A stretch of DNA of 64,000 nt from a bacterium (GCA_963663405.2 CAXXSM010000021.1:32001-96000), one strand, 5' to 3'. Positions 49,849 to 60,167 are shown, counted from the stretch's first letter. Notes: a model not told the origin generated them from the letters alone. Translations and numbers: made by a program.

Positions 49849-52446
49849 ATGAGTCTCGACCAGTCTCATTTTCGTTATTTCCCATTCTATAGAACCCACT
49901 CATCAGGCAATAAACAAAATACTTCCTGGACATCCCCTCATGTCCTCATTGGAATACTCATCATCCTTGTTGGATTACTGGCGCCACAAATCAGTCATGC
50001 GGAGAAGACGCTTCTTGGGATCGGCCCGGTTAAATCCGTCGCGTTCTCTCCCGATGGGCGATATGTGGCCACCGCTGGGGATATTGGTGTGATCGTGTGG
50101 GATATCAGCAGCGGCGCCGCGATCCTGATTCATTGGTACAAGGACCACACGGGCGCCGTTCGATCCGTCGCGTTTTCTCCTGACAGTACGAAATTGGTCA
50201 CTGGCAGTGTGGATACGACGGCGATTATCTGGGATCTCGAAGGGGGAGTGGATACCGTTTTTGAGGGACATTCCGCCTGGGTATTATCAGCTGTCTTTTC
50301 CCCCGATGGCGCAACGATCCTAACTGCGGGACTTGATAACGCCGCCCGTGTCTATGATCCAGAGGCGGATGAACAGACGCTGGTCATTCGTGACCGGTTT
50401 ACCGACTTTCTCACGGCGGTTTTTTCTCCCAATGCGAGTAGCATTTTAACCGGTGGACGGAACGGCCGGGTTGTTTTATGGGATCCGGCCAATGGATTGG
50501 AACTCCTCGCGTTTGAAGGTCATACAGGGGATGTCCCATCAGCCGCCTTCTCCCCCAATGGCAGATGGATCATTACGGGCAGCATGGATGGCACGGCGAA
50601 AATCTGGCAGGTTTCGGATGGCTCCGAGCTGTTTTCTCTCACCGAACACAATGGTGGAGTGCCCGCCGTCGCGTTCTCTCCCGATAACGCTTATGTGTTG
50701 ACAGGCGGGGAAGATGGAACCGCCATTCTCTGGGACGTGGAAACGGGGGAATCGATCCGAGTTTTTGAAGGTCATTCTCAACCCATTCGATCTGTCGCAT
50801 TTTCCCCGGATGGTTTGAAAGTACTAACTGGAAGTGATGATGAAACCGCCCGGCTTTGGGATATCTCCGATCTTTATCCAGCCCCGGAAGCCGAAGTGTC
50901 CATCGGTGGAGGCGCCTATGGCGCCCAATCCGGCGCGTATGTTCCCATCGATATTCGAATCGATAATTTGCAAAGCACGCGGACGATCAGTTTTGAATTG
51001 GGCTTCGATTCCGAATTGTTAGAATATGCCGGTGAGGTTTCTATCGTAGAAACCATGTTGACATCCTGGGCGCTGGCGGACGCGTACGAAATCGCGCCGG
51101 GTACGGTCCGCGTATCGGCGGCGGCGCTTGGAGGAGCGGCGGTCAACGGAAGTGGCACATTAATGACGATTCTCTTTAAGGTCAAAGATGAGATCGCAGG
51201 CGGCCGGTACACTTCGATTACCTTCAACCGATTGTTTGACAATTTGACCACAGTCACGCCGTTGGATATCGCTGTGCCAATCGGCTTGAAGGGAGATGTG
51301 GATGGGAGCGGTTATGTGACGGCCGCGGATGTACAGATGACATTCGAGATTTCTCTCGGCCGGTTTCTTCCATCCGTCTATCAACAATGGGCGGGGGAAT
51401 TTACGAGTGATGGAGTGATCACCGCTCTTGATGTGCAGCGGGTTTTCCAAGCCTCACTTGGACGCGACACGGAGTACAGCGCGAAACGGATCGTATCCGG
51501 CCGCAGTGTGCTAACGCCGGTGCTCAAGATCGATGATGTGACGGCTCTGCCCGGTGAAGAGATCTCCATTCCTGTGACCATTGAACCAAATTCCCGTGTT
51601 GCGGCGTTTTTGATCGATTTGCAATACGACATCTCTCGTCTTGTTTTCAATGGGATCGATAAAGAAGGCATGTTAACCGAAGAATTTGGATTCACGGAAG
51701 CGTATGAAAAATCGCCTGGCTCGATCCGGATTTCCGCCGCCGCTCTCGACGCCGCGCCGATTCGAAATGTTGGTACGCTGTTCAATCTAAAATTTACGGT
51801 GAATGAAGCCGCTTTCGGCGCCGCGTCCGTATGGATTCAGGCCCTTGCCGATGACTTGGCGGAAGCGTCGGCGATTGATGGTTTGGTCACAATCAAGGCC
51901 GGGGAAGATCTAGAACCAGACACTCCAGGAGATTCGTTCGATCCGTATATCATCTACCCATTTGATTCGGAAAGCGAGTACATCGAAATCCCCGGAGGCT
52001 GGACCCAAGCGCCGGCCGGTTCGGTCACACTCGGTGAGATCCCCTGGCAGATGTCTGATTACACCGACGGCTTCGGAGCCATCATTACAACCGGGCCGGG
52101 CGAGGTGGAAATATTGCAATTCCCAGAAATCGATGCGGGGGATTCGATGGTTCTTATACAAATATCCATTTATTCAGACAGGGAAACCAGTGTCACTTTA
52201 GCGGCGATAGACGGCGCGATGGACGGCTCCCACATCGCCAACACTCCCGCCTACACCGCCCTCAATCCAAACCAGTACACCCGCCTGTCGATTACATACG
52301 ATCCCCCCGGAACGACGGTCATCCCCATCCTCCAAACCGCCAATCCAACGGGTATCGATACCGCCAAAACCTACATTGACAACCTGAAAATCTATCTCCT
52401 CCCCAAAACCGCGTTAATTCCTGTGTCCCTTTTGTATGGTGAATAA
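49849..52446 (+). CDS. Exported WD40 + cohesin-dockerin-cohesin protein
   Basis: Canonical GH...SVAFSPD...WD repeats; two cohesin-like domains (G..V.I.I..., GTLxxxxFxV); duplicated dockerin motif GDVDGSGYVTAADV / GEFTSDGVITALDV. Confidence 0.85.
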   Translation: MSLDQSHFRYFPFYRTHSSGNKQNTSWTSPHVLIGILIILVGLLAPQISHAEKTLLGIGPVKSVAFSPDGRYVATAGDIGVIVWDISSGAAILIHWYKDHTGAVRSVAFSPDSTKLVTGSVDTTAIIWDLEGGVDTVFEGHSAWVLSAVFSPDGATILTAGLDNAARVYDPEADEQTLVIRDRFTDFLTAVFSPNASSILTGGRNGRVVLWDPANGLELLAFEGHTGDVPSAAFSPNGRWIITGSMDGTAKIWQVSDGSELFSLTEHNGGVPAVAFSPDNAYVLTGGEDGTAILWDVETGESIRVFEGHSQPIRSVAFSPDGLKVLTGSDDETARLWDISDLYPAPEAEVSIGGGAYGAQSGAYVPIDIRIDNLQSTRTISFELGFDSELLEYAGEVSIVETMLTSWALADAYEIAPGTVRVSAAALGGAAVNGSGTLMTILFKVKDEIAGGRYTSITFNRLFDNLTTVTPLDIAVPIGLKGDVDGSGYVTAADVQMTFEISLGRFLPSVYQQWAGEFTSDGVITALDVQRVFQASLGRDTEYSAKRIVSGRSVLTPVLKIDDVTALPGEEISIPVTIEPNSRVAAFLIDLQYDISRLVFNGIDKEGMLTEEFGFTEAYEKSPGSIRISAAALDAAPIRNVGTLFNLKFTVNEAAFGAASVWIQALADDLAEASAIDGLVTIKAGEDLEPDTPGDSFDPYIIYPFDSESEYIEIPGGWTQAPAGSVTLGEIPWQMSDYTDGFGAIITTGPGEVEILQFPEIDAGDSMVLIQISIYSDRETSVTLAAIDGAMDGSHIANTPAYTALNPNQYTRLSITYDPPGTTVIPILQTANPTGIDTAKTYIDNLKIYLLPKTALIPVSLLYGE

Positions 52447-52525
52447 ACAAGGATGGAACGCCTTTCTTTATTCCCCCTATTCTTCATTCAGAGATAACCT
52501 TAAAATGCTGTAATATTTACACAAA

Positions 52526-53677
52526 TTAACTATAAAATCTACACTCCTTCGCCGCCTCCCATAGCGCGACGATATTCTCCGCTGGGACATCCGCTTGGGT
52601 ATTGTGCACTGTGTTAAATACATATCCCCCGCCCGGTTTAAATGCGCTCATCAGTTCGTTCACCTGCCCGCGCACTTCTTCTGGCGAGCCATGTGAATAG
52701 ACGCCCTGCGAGTCGATTCCACCGCCCCAAAATGTCAGCTGGTCTCCGTAGTTCTCTTTCAAAAATGTGGGAGTCATTCCATTGGCGCTGATTTGGATTG
52801 GATTGAGTATATCTATTCCATTATTAATTATGTCAGGCAAATATTCAACAACAGAACCGCAGGAATGATACCAAAGTTTCGCTTTGGTTTTCGAACGGAT
52901 AAAATCATAGAGCGCTTTCTGACGCGGCTGTACGAGACGATGGTATATCCCCGGTGAAAAGAGAGGTCCCGCTTGCATCGCGATGTCATCGCCCACACAG
53001 ACAACATGTAAGTATTCTCCCACCTCATCCAGAAACACATCATGAAAATCCAACCAGAACTGCAGCGTATGATCCAGCAATTTCTCCACATAGCGCGGCT
53101 CTTCCACCATGTCCATATACAAGTTTTCAAATCCGCGCATGTACCAGCAAATCTCAAACACCACCCCGGTAATCCACACTCACCAACGCATATCCTGTCT
53201 CGTCTGTAAGCCGTTTGGCATATTCTTTCAAACCTTGAAACGATGAAGGATCGCGTCCATCAGGCCAGTCATAATGGTCGATATCATCGTATTTCAAATC
53301 CGCAAGTGGATGTTCGATAATATCCAAATACAGCCCTTCCCCCGGCCGCTTGCCCGGCATCGCCCAGACTACGCCAAATCCATCGCGAATTCCCCAATAC
53401 CCAGGCTTCACTTCGCGCAACTCCGGCGCTGGAGAAAACATGCCAGGCCGGACATATCGCGTATCAATATCGAATATCTCCAACACCGCCTCACTTGGAG
53501 CAGCCAACTGCTGCACCACATCCATAATCTGAATCTCTTCATCAAGCCCATAGTAATCCAAAACGTTCTGATACGCCGGCCCGGTGAATCCCCGTCTGAT
53601 TCCCCCCCAAGTCCAAAGGCACCCGGTCCGGCTCGCAGTGATCCAGCGCAGTCAAAAGACGCTCTCTCTGAATTCAT
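52526..53677 (-). pseudogene. Uroporphyrinogen decarboxylase-family (MtaA/CmuA-like) protein, split by three frameshifts
   Basis: Reconstructed ERLLTALDHCEPDRVPLDLGG, MRGFENLYMD, GDD, HSCG, FWGGGIDSQ, HNTQADVP. Breaks near 53665, 53578 and 53177. Confidence 0.88.
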
Positions 53678-53876
53678 CAACAATTCTCCATCTATAAAAA
53701 ATCTCAATCATCCACATATTAGCGTAAAGGACATAAGATTGTAATATGATTTAAAACGAAACCCAGCCTACCCACATTCAAATCAACGAGTATGATCGAT
53801 ATCGAAACCTGCAGGCCGAAGGCCAAAGGAAAAAACCTTCCACCTTCAGTCTTCATCCTATTTACCTAATTTTGGT

Positions 53877-53969
53877 GGGTGGCCAGGGCAAGGGTTTTTC
53901 ATCTGCCTTGGCGCTACGTTCCGGAAAATTATGGCAATGGGAGAACAAAGCCTTCTCATTGGCGCCCAG
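53877..53969 (+). repeat. Multi-stem structured element, copy 2
   Basis: GGGTG/CGCCC outer stem, GCCAGGGCA/TGCCTTGGC and CAATGGGAG/TTCTCATTG hairpins, central TTCCGGAA; homologous to 9847-9933. Confidence 0.7.
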
Positions 53970-54039
53970 ACGATCAATATCACAACCTGCAGATAGTTGG
54001 GGCGTCCAACAATAAAAAAATATACAAACAGATTAAAGT

Positions 54040-54072
54040 AAAAACACACCGCGCCGCCCCCCCAGCGGCGCG
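54040..54072 (-). terminator. Probable intrinsic terminator
   Basis: Minus strand CGCGCCGC-loop-GCGGCGCG followed by GTGTGTTTTT. Confidence 0.5.
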
Positions 54073-54118
54073 AAAATTTCAAAAGAAATATCCTTGTTCA
54101 ATCGGTGAGAAAATACAG

Positions 54119-55142
54119 TTATTTTTTCCTCAGGCTTATCTTCTTCTTTCTCTTCCGGGGTATCTTTTTTCGTCCCGGAGTATTCCCGATCCACTTCTAA
54201 ATCCATCCTTTCCAATTCGGAGGATGAATCTTTTCTCACGAATTCAGGGGGGCTGTTTGGGAATAGGTTCCATTAACCGTGACATTGAATTTCATCGAGG
54301 AAGAAGATGGAAAATCAGATCCACTCACACTCGTCTGCATATCGATATCGATCTCCATATCCGATTCTTCATGAAGGGAAAGAAATATGCCCTTTATCGA
54401 TCGCAAACCGAATATCCCCTTTTCCAGCCGTCGCATATTTCTTGAAGACAAAATCAAGAGAAACGGCGCCTAGTTTTTGACTGGTTGTATTCGGCTCAAA
54501 CGAGATATCGCTCTCATCGAGATACGTTTCTGTTTCGATCACCGCGATCTTCTCTCCCTCTTCTTCGATCACATCTTTTAACGTATAGGTCGAACTGAGA
54601 ATCAATTCTTTCGATGCGCCCGTCATCGGAATTACCCGGTCCGCGTTCCATCTCGCCCCAATCTCGACCGGCTCTTCGGGAAACGTCAGCCAGGGATTTT
54701 GCTCTGCGGGAGAACGTCCCACATTGGCCATATTGGATTTCGCGCCGGGCAGCGTCGGTTCTTTCAACACCTTCCCGCTGCTGTTAATTGTAAGCAGCAA
54801 GCGCGTCGAATTACGGATACCGAGGAGGCTCCGTAGATTCTGCTCTTCCCCTTGGTTGATCATGGTCATCTTCGGAATTCCGATCTGGATCGTCGCGGCG
54901 CCGTCATTATCAATCTCCACCGTTTTAAACGACATCACAATATCCATGCTCACATCAATGGGGATATCCATCGAACCGGTTTTGGTCACTCCCATATTAT
55001 GGTTCCGCATGGTTAGATAATAGGTGTCATCCAACACGAAAATATTCTTTAAAAGATACGATTCAGCCGAATTCGCAACCGGAATAACGGCCAGTAACGT
55101 CAATAAACCAAATCCAAGCGTACAAAAAGAAAAACGTTTCAT
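54119..55142 (-). CDS. Secreted beta-rich hypothetical protein (DUF6263-like); 3' end broken by frameshifts
   Basis: Signal peptide, FPEEPVEIGARW motif. Coding continues in other frames after a G run near 54390 and a C6 run at 54247-54252. 3' end uncertain. Confidence 0.65.
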
Positions 55143-55268
55143 GAAAAACTCCTTTCGCGGCGCCGCGCGGTGAATGAACTCTCAATATAACGTCTATACA
55201 GATTAAAGAGTATCATAATTATCCCCCATCCAGCCACAACATCTAAATCTGACGGTATAAAACTCCAG

Positions 55269-56552
55269 TTATTTCTCCCAAGGAATAAATTCCTCTTTGC
55301 CCCCAAGGTATGGACGAAGAACTTCGGGAATCACGATCGATCCATCCTCCCGCTGATTATTTTCCAAAATGGAGATCATCAAACGCGGTGTCGCCAATCC
55401 CGATCCGTTGAGCGTATGCACGTAACGCGGTTTCCCCCCACCGTCTTTCGGACGGTACCGGATATTCCCCCGCCGCGCCTGGTAGTCTTCGCAATTGCTG
55501 CACGAAGAGACTTCGTAATACGAGTCCTGTCCCGGCAGCCAGACTTCGATATCGAAGGTTTTCGCCGACTGATTCCCGATATCCCCCGTCACCAGCAACG
55601 TCGTCTGGTAATGTAGACCCAATTCCTCTAACACATGTTCGGCGTCTTTGACGAGTTTATCCAATTCGTCGTACGAGGTTTCCGGCGTGGTGTATTTATA
55701 CATCTCCACCTTATTAAATTGATGGATTCGCACCAGCCCACGTTCTTCCGCCCCATATGTCCCCGCCTCTCGCCGGAAACAGGGCGTGAGCGAGGTGTAA
55801 TAGAGGGGCAGATCGTCCTCATCGATGATCTCGTTGCGGTAGAGGCTCGTCAACGGCACTTCGCTGGTGGGCAGGAGATAGAATGGATCGTCTTTGCATT
55901 TATACAACTGGTCTTCAAACTTGGGCAGGTTGCCTGACGCGAAGGTTGTCTCCCGATTCAACAATAACGGTGGAATCACGCTGACGAACCCCCGCGCGCG
56001 GTGATGTTCACGCATGAACGTCAACAGCGCCCATTCCAGTTCCGCCCCCCAGCCGATATAGAGCGGGAACTGCGCCCCGGCGATTTTCGCCGCGCGTTCC
56101 AGATCGAACAGCCCGTTCATCTTGCCCAATTCCAGGTGGTTTCTCGGTTCGAAGTCAAATTCCCGCTTCGTTCCGTGGGTTCGCACGACCTGATTGTTCC
56201 GCTTGTCCATATCGGTCGGGACCGATTCGTGAGGGATGTTGGGCAGTTCAGAGACTTTAAAGTTGAGCGTATCGACGACCGTCTTGAGTTGCGATGTTTT
56301 CTCTTTAGCCTCTTTGGAGAGGGATTGCATCTCCTTCATCAGATCCCCGGCGTCTTCTTTCGCTTTGCGTCGTTTCGCGATTTCCTGGTTGACCGTATTT
56401 TGCCGCGCTTTCATCGCGTCGGTCTCGGTCTGCAAGGCGCGCCGCTGGGTATCCAGTTCGACGATTTCATTCAACGAAATCCCCGGTTCCCGGCGCCGGA
56501 GTTGTTCCTCCACCCAATCTTTCTTCTCACGAATGAGTTTAATATCCAGCAC
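55269..56552 (-). CDS. serS: Serine--tRNA ligase
   Basis: GTG start with GGAGG gives MLDIKLIRE; LLPTSEVP, FRREAG, HQFNKVE, EVSSCSNC, HTLNGSGLA. Confidence 0.97.
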   Translation of the reverse strand: MLDIKLIREKKDWVEEQLRRREPGISLNEIVELDTQRRALQTETDAMKARQNTVNQEIAKRRKAKEDAGDLMKEMQSLSKEAKEKTSQLKTVVDTLNFKVSELPNIPHESVPTDMDKRNNQVVRTHGTKREFDFEPRNHLELGKMNGLFDLERAAKIAGAQFPLYIGWGAELEWALLTFMREHHRARGFVSVIPPLLLNRETTFASGNLPKFEDQLYKCKDDPFYLLPTSEVPLTSLYRNEIIDEDDLPLYYTSLTPCFRREAGTYGAEERGLVRIHQFNKVEMYKYTTPETSYDELDKLVKDAEHVLEELGLHYQTTLLVTGDIGNQSAKTFDIEVWLPGQDSYYEVSSCSNCEDYQARRGNIRYRPKDGGGKPRYVHTLNGSGLATPRLMISILENNQREDGSIVIPEVLRPYLGGKEEFIPWEK

Positions 56553-56737
56553 GTAGACGATCCTCCTTCTATCGAATAACCAAAAATGTTCTATCGAGAT
56601 CAAAAAAAACGCAAAGCGCCCTTTAACCAAGCGCAGACGCCAAGCCTTTAGTATAGTATAGAAACAACCAGACAAAAATGGAGAGCGGGAACGATCCCAA
56701 TCAAATAGACTTTGGAGAAACCACGCCAAATAAAAAA

Positions 56738-56775
56738 CCCAGCGCGGAATGGCTGGGGGGCGATTCCGCGCTGGG
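56738..56775 (-). terminator. 38-bp hairpin repeat, copy 1 (with U-tract; terminator of the WD40 array)
   Basis: 13-bp stem CCCAGCGCGGAAT/ATTCCGCGCTGGG followed by TTTTTTATTT on the minus strand. Confidence 0.85.
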
Positions 56776-56807
56776 AGTTGTGGCTCCTTTCTCTTTTTAG
56801 TGAATTG

Positions 56808-57845
56808 TTATTCGTATAAGGACGCGTCCTTTGTGGAGGCTTGGATGTCGCTGATGTCCCAGAGGTGGACATTGTCACCATGTAAGATCATCAGATATTT
56901 TCCATTCTTTGAGAAAGAGTGTTGATGTGAACCTCCTGGAGGAAACGTTCTTACAATTGTCCATGAATCAAATTGAACAAGAGCCATTTCAAAATTTATT
57001 ACTAAAAGCAAGTACTTACCGTTTGGTGAAAATGTTCCACCAATACAAATATTGTCATCGTTTACATTAAAAACGCGCTTTCGTTCTTTATCATCCGCGT
57101 TCCAGACTTCAAACACAGTCACGCGTGTTGATGAATCTGGCCAATCTACACGCATACTAATTATATTCTTTTCATCTGGTGCAACGATCACACCTCTTTC
57201 AAAGAAAGACAATAACTCTCCGCTAAAAGCATCATATATGTAACCATTTTGATTGGAATTTACATATATTCTTCGATTGTCTTGCAAAAAAACAGCGGAA
57301 TTTAAAAGGAAATCATCTGATATTATATTGGCAATTGTATTCGTTTTGATATCCAATATAAAAATTGAATTTTCCTTATTGTCATGCAATATCATTCCGA
57401 TAAGAAGAGAGTTACCATTAGGAGAGAAACTGATGGTAGAAGATTCTGAATTAAAATCAATATTTGTCGCTTCTAATTTGAATGTATTGACAATCGAACC
57501 GTCTTTAACATCCCAGACTGTGACAACCGCCCTATTATCACAAGCGGCGACAAGGCGGCTATCTTCAGAAAATCGGATTCCAACAATAACCATGAGTGGA
57601 TCATTGTCGGTGGGTAAAGACCGTACAATTTCACCTGTCGAAGTGTCATACAAATTGACGTTCCCTTTGGAGGATAATACTATTAACGAACCATCGGGCG
57701 CCAAATCAGCGCGGCAAAACTTTGTATCAGCTTGGATATTTAACAAAGGTTCTTCCTGCGCCTGCGCTAAACTTACAAATATGCATATGCCAATACTAAG
57801 TATGATAGTTTTTTGAATTTTGTGATAATGTCTTTTCGTTTTCAT
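56808..57845 (-). CDS. Secreted WD40 beta-propeller protein (paralog A')
   Basis: Signal peptide ending AQA; FSPNG/WD motifs; close paralog of 59136-60167. Confidence 0.9.
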   Translation of the reverse strand: MKTKRHYHKIQKTIILSIGICIFVSLAQAQEEPLLNIQADTKFCRADLAPDGSLIVLSSKGNVNLYDTSTGEIVRSLPTDNDPLMVIVGIRFSEDSRLVAACDNRAVVTVWDVKDGSIVNTFKLEATNIDFNSESSTISFSPNGNSLLIGMILHDNKENSIFILDIKTNTIANIISDDFLLNSAVFLQDNRRIYVNSNQNGYIYDAFSGELLSFFERGVIVAPDEKNIISMRVDWPDSSTRVTVFEVWNADDKERKRVFNVNDDNICIGGTFSPNGKYLLLVINFEMALVQFDSWTIVRTFPPGGSHQHSFSKNGKYLMILHGDNVHLWDISDIQASTKDASLYE

Positions 57846-57900
57846 GATAGACCGTTTGAGTATGTTAATCTGTAGTTCAAATATATTCGTTGTTTTGAGA

Positions 57901-57938
57901 CCCAGCGCGGAATGGCTGGGGGGCGATTCCGCGCTGGG
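57901..57938 (-). repeat. 38-bp hairpin repeat, copy 2
   Basis: Identical to 56738-56775; no U-tract. Confidence 0.9.
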
Positions 57939-57950
57939 GGGAGGTGGTTC

Positions 57951-59030
57951 TTACTGATACACTTGAGAATCGGGGACTGAGGTGACTAGATCGCTGATAT
58001 CCCAGATGTGGATCGTGTTCCCGTTGACGGTCAGGAAGCGTTTTCCATCGGGGAAGAACTTGACGATGTAATCCGCAGTGGTTGGCGAATTTTTCTCACT
58101 CGCGCGTTCGATTGAGTACGAGCGCAGAGAATCCCCTGTGTCCGCATTGTAGATTACACGCTCGGACATTGTGTTCTTTTCTTCGTTTATAACACCAGGG
58201 ATAAGCACTGTTTTACCATCAGGGGATAACGCCACCGTCTCTGTTTTACCTGCTGTATGCGGTAAGGTATGTATGATTTCCCCGGTTTCAAAATCCCATA
58301 AGCGAACATTCCATCCACCAACAGTAATTATCTTCTTCCAATCGCTTGAAGGTGATGATGCATCACCAAAAAAAACTATACCTGTCAATTCATCATCTTC
58401 TAAATCTAATATTGATGTACCACCACCTTCAACAATCAACACTTCTCTTCCATTTGGTAAAAACGTCAGAGAAGTTATCCAACTACGTTCCTTATATCTT
58501 CGTATTTCTTCTCCCGTCTTGACATCCCACATTTGCAGATAGCCGTTGACATCGCCTGTTAGCACTCTCTGACTATCAGGGGAAAAGGCAATACCGAGTA
58601 TCCCGGCTACAAGTGTTTTTCCCCGGCTGGGATCGCTGACCGTCCCACTTTCCAGGGTATGAATTAACGCCCCTGTCTCTACATCCCATAATTTCGCCTC
58701 AAACGCATCCGAGCCAGTCATGACATATTTTCCATCCGGAGAGAAGGCAGAACTGTAGATTAAACCTCGTTTTCCTTCTAGAAAAACAAGTTCTCTTCCC
58801 GTTTTCGCATCAAAGATGTGAGCATTAGAAAAATCAGCCCCTAAAATTTTCTCTCCATCGGGAGAGATGGATACTGTGCTAAGCGTGTACGGGTTTTCAG
58901 CTTCGAGATTTACAATAGGAATTGATAGAATCGGCTGTTCTTGTCCCGATACAGGCAAAGACAAGAAAATCATTGCGAAAAGTGGAATTGCACAATACGT
59001 TTGGTTGAGATTAGACATTTTCTTATTCAC
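57951..59030 (-). CDS. Secreted WD40 beta-propeller protein (B)
   Basis: Signal peptide; AFSPDG...LWDVETG repeats. True start may be the ATG at 59041, which is out of frame by one base. Confidence 0.9.
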   Translation of the reverse strand: MNKKMSNLNQTYCAIPLFAMIFLSLPVSGQEQPILSIPIVNLEAENPYTLSTVSISPDGEKILGADFSNAHIFDAKTGRELVFLEGKRGLIYSSAFSPDGKYVMTGSDAFEAKLWDVETGALIHTLESGTVSDPSRGKTLVAGILGIAFSPDSQRVLTGDVNGYLQMWDVKTGEEIRRYKERSWITSLTFLPNGREVLIVEGGGTSILDLEDDELTGIVFFGDASSPSSDWKKIITVGGWNVRLWDFETGEIIHTLPHTAGKTETVALSPDGKTVLIPGVINEEKNTMSERVIYNADTGDSLRSYSIERASEKNSPTTADYIVKFFPDGKRFLTVNGNTIHIWDISDLVTSVPDSQVYQ

Positions 59031-59066
59031 TTTGTTTTCATGATTGATCTTTTTCTTATTTCAAGT

Positions 59067-59104
59067 CCCAGCGCGGAACGGCTGGGGGGCGATTCCGCGC
59101 TGGG
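59067..59104 (-). repeat. 38-bp hairpin repeat, copy 3
   Basis: One substitution relative to the other copies, giving a U-G pair on the minus strand. Confidence 0.9.
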
Positions 59105-59135
59105 GGGGTGGTTCCTTTCTCTTTTTAGTGAATTG

Positions 59136-60167
59136 TTATTCGTATAAGGACGCATCCTTTGTTGAGGCTTCAATATCGCTGATATCCCACAGTTTAACGT
59201 TATCACCTAGAAAGATCATCAGATATTTTCCATCCTTTGAGAAAGAGTGTTGATGTGAACCACCTGGAGGAAACGTTCTTACAATTGTCCATGAATCAAA
59301 TTGAACAAGAGCCATTTCAAAATTTATTACCAAAAGCAAGTACTTACCGTTTGGTGAAAATGTTCCACCAAGAAAAATATTATCATAGTTTACATCAAAA
59401 ACGCGCGTTCGTTCTTTATCATCCACGTTCCAGACTTCAAACTCAGTCAAACCTGTCTCTGCATCTAGCCAACGCATACTAATAACAGTTTTTTCATCTG
59501 GCGTAATGATCACACCTCTTTCAAAGAAAGACAATAACTCTCCGCTAAAAGCATCATATATGTAACCATTTTGCCTTGAATTAACATAAATTCTTCGATT
59601 GTCTTGCAAAAAAACAGCGGAATTTAAAAGGAAATTATCTGATAATTTATTGGCGATTGTATCCGTTTTGATATCCAATATAAAAATAGAATTTTCCTTA
59701 TTATCATGCAATACAATTCCGACAAGAAGAGAGTTACCATTTGGAGAGAAACTGATGGAAGCATATTCTGAATTAACATCAATATTTGGCGCTTCTAATT
59801 TGAATGTATTGACAATCGAACCGTCTTTAACATCCCATACTGTGACAACCGCCCTATTATCACAAGCGGCGACAAGGCGGCTATCTTCGGAAAATCGGAT
59901 TCCAACAATGTCCATGAGTGGATCATTATCGATGGGTAAAGACCGTACAATTTCACCCGTCGAAGTGTCATACAAATTAATGTTCCCTTTGGAGGACAAT
60001 ACAATTAACGAACCATCAGGCGCCAAATCAGCGCGGCAGAACTTTGAGTCAGCTTGGATATTTAACAAAGGTTCTTCCTGCGCCTGCGCGAAACATCCGC
60101 ATATACAACAGACGATACTGAGTATGATAGTTTTTTGGATTTTGTGATTAAATCTTTTTGTTTTCAT
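59136..60167 (-). CDS. Secreted WD40 beta-propeller protein (paralog A)
   Basis: AAGGAG RBS, signal peptide, WD motifs. Confidence 0.9.
   Translation of the reverse strand: MKTKRFNHKIQKTIILSIVCCICGCFAQAQEEPLLNIQADSKFCRADLAPDGSLIVLSSKGNINLYDTSTGEIVRSLPIDNDPLMDIVGIRFSEDSRLVAACDNRAVVTVWDVKDGSIVNTFKLEAPNIDVNSEYASISFSPNGNSLLVGIVLHDNKENSIFILDIKTDTIANKLSDNFLLNSAVFLQDNRRIYVNSRQNGYIYDAFSGELLSFFERGVIITPDEKTVISMRWLDAETGLTEFEVWNVDDKERTRVFDVNYDNIFLGGTFSPNGKYLLLVINFEMALVQFDSWTIVRTFPPGGSHQHSFSKDGKYLMIFLGDNVKLWDISDIEASTKDASLYE

Noticed and set aside
53879-54445. 188-aa + strand ORF
   Set aside because: Spans the structured repeat, a terminator and the antisense of a frameshifted gene; no coding features.
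56738-59104. Hairpin repeats as integron attC sites or CRISPR repeats
   Set aside because: No RYYYAAC/GTTRRRY boxes or extrahelical bases, no integrase, and the spacing is whole genes of about 1.1 kb.
57180-59810. A/A' paralogs as a DGR template/variable pair
   Set aside because: The differences I checked are not restricted to adenines, both copies are full ORFs, and no reverse transcriptase is in the window.
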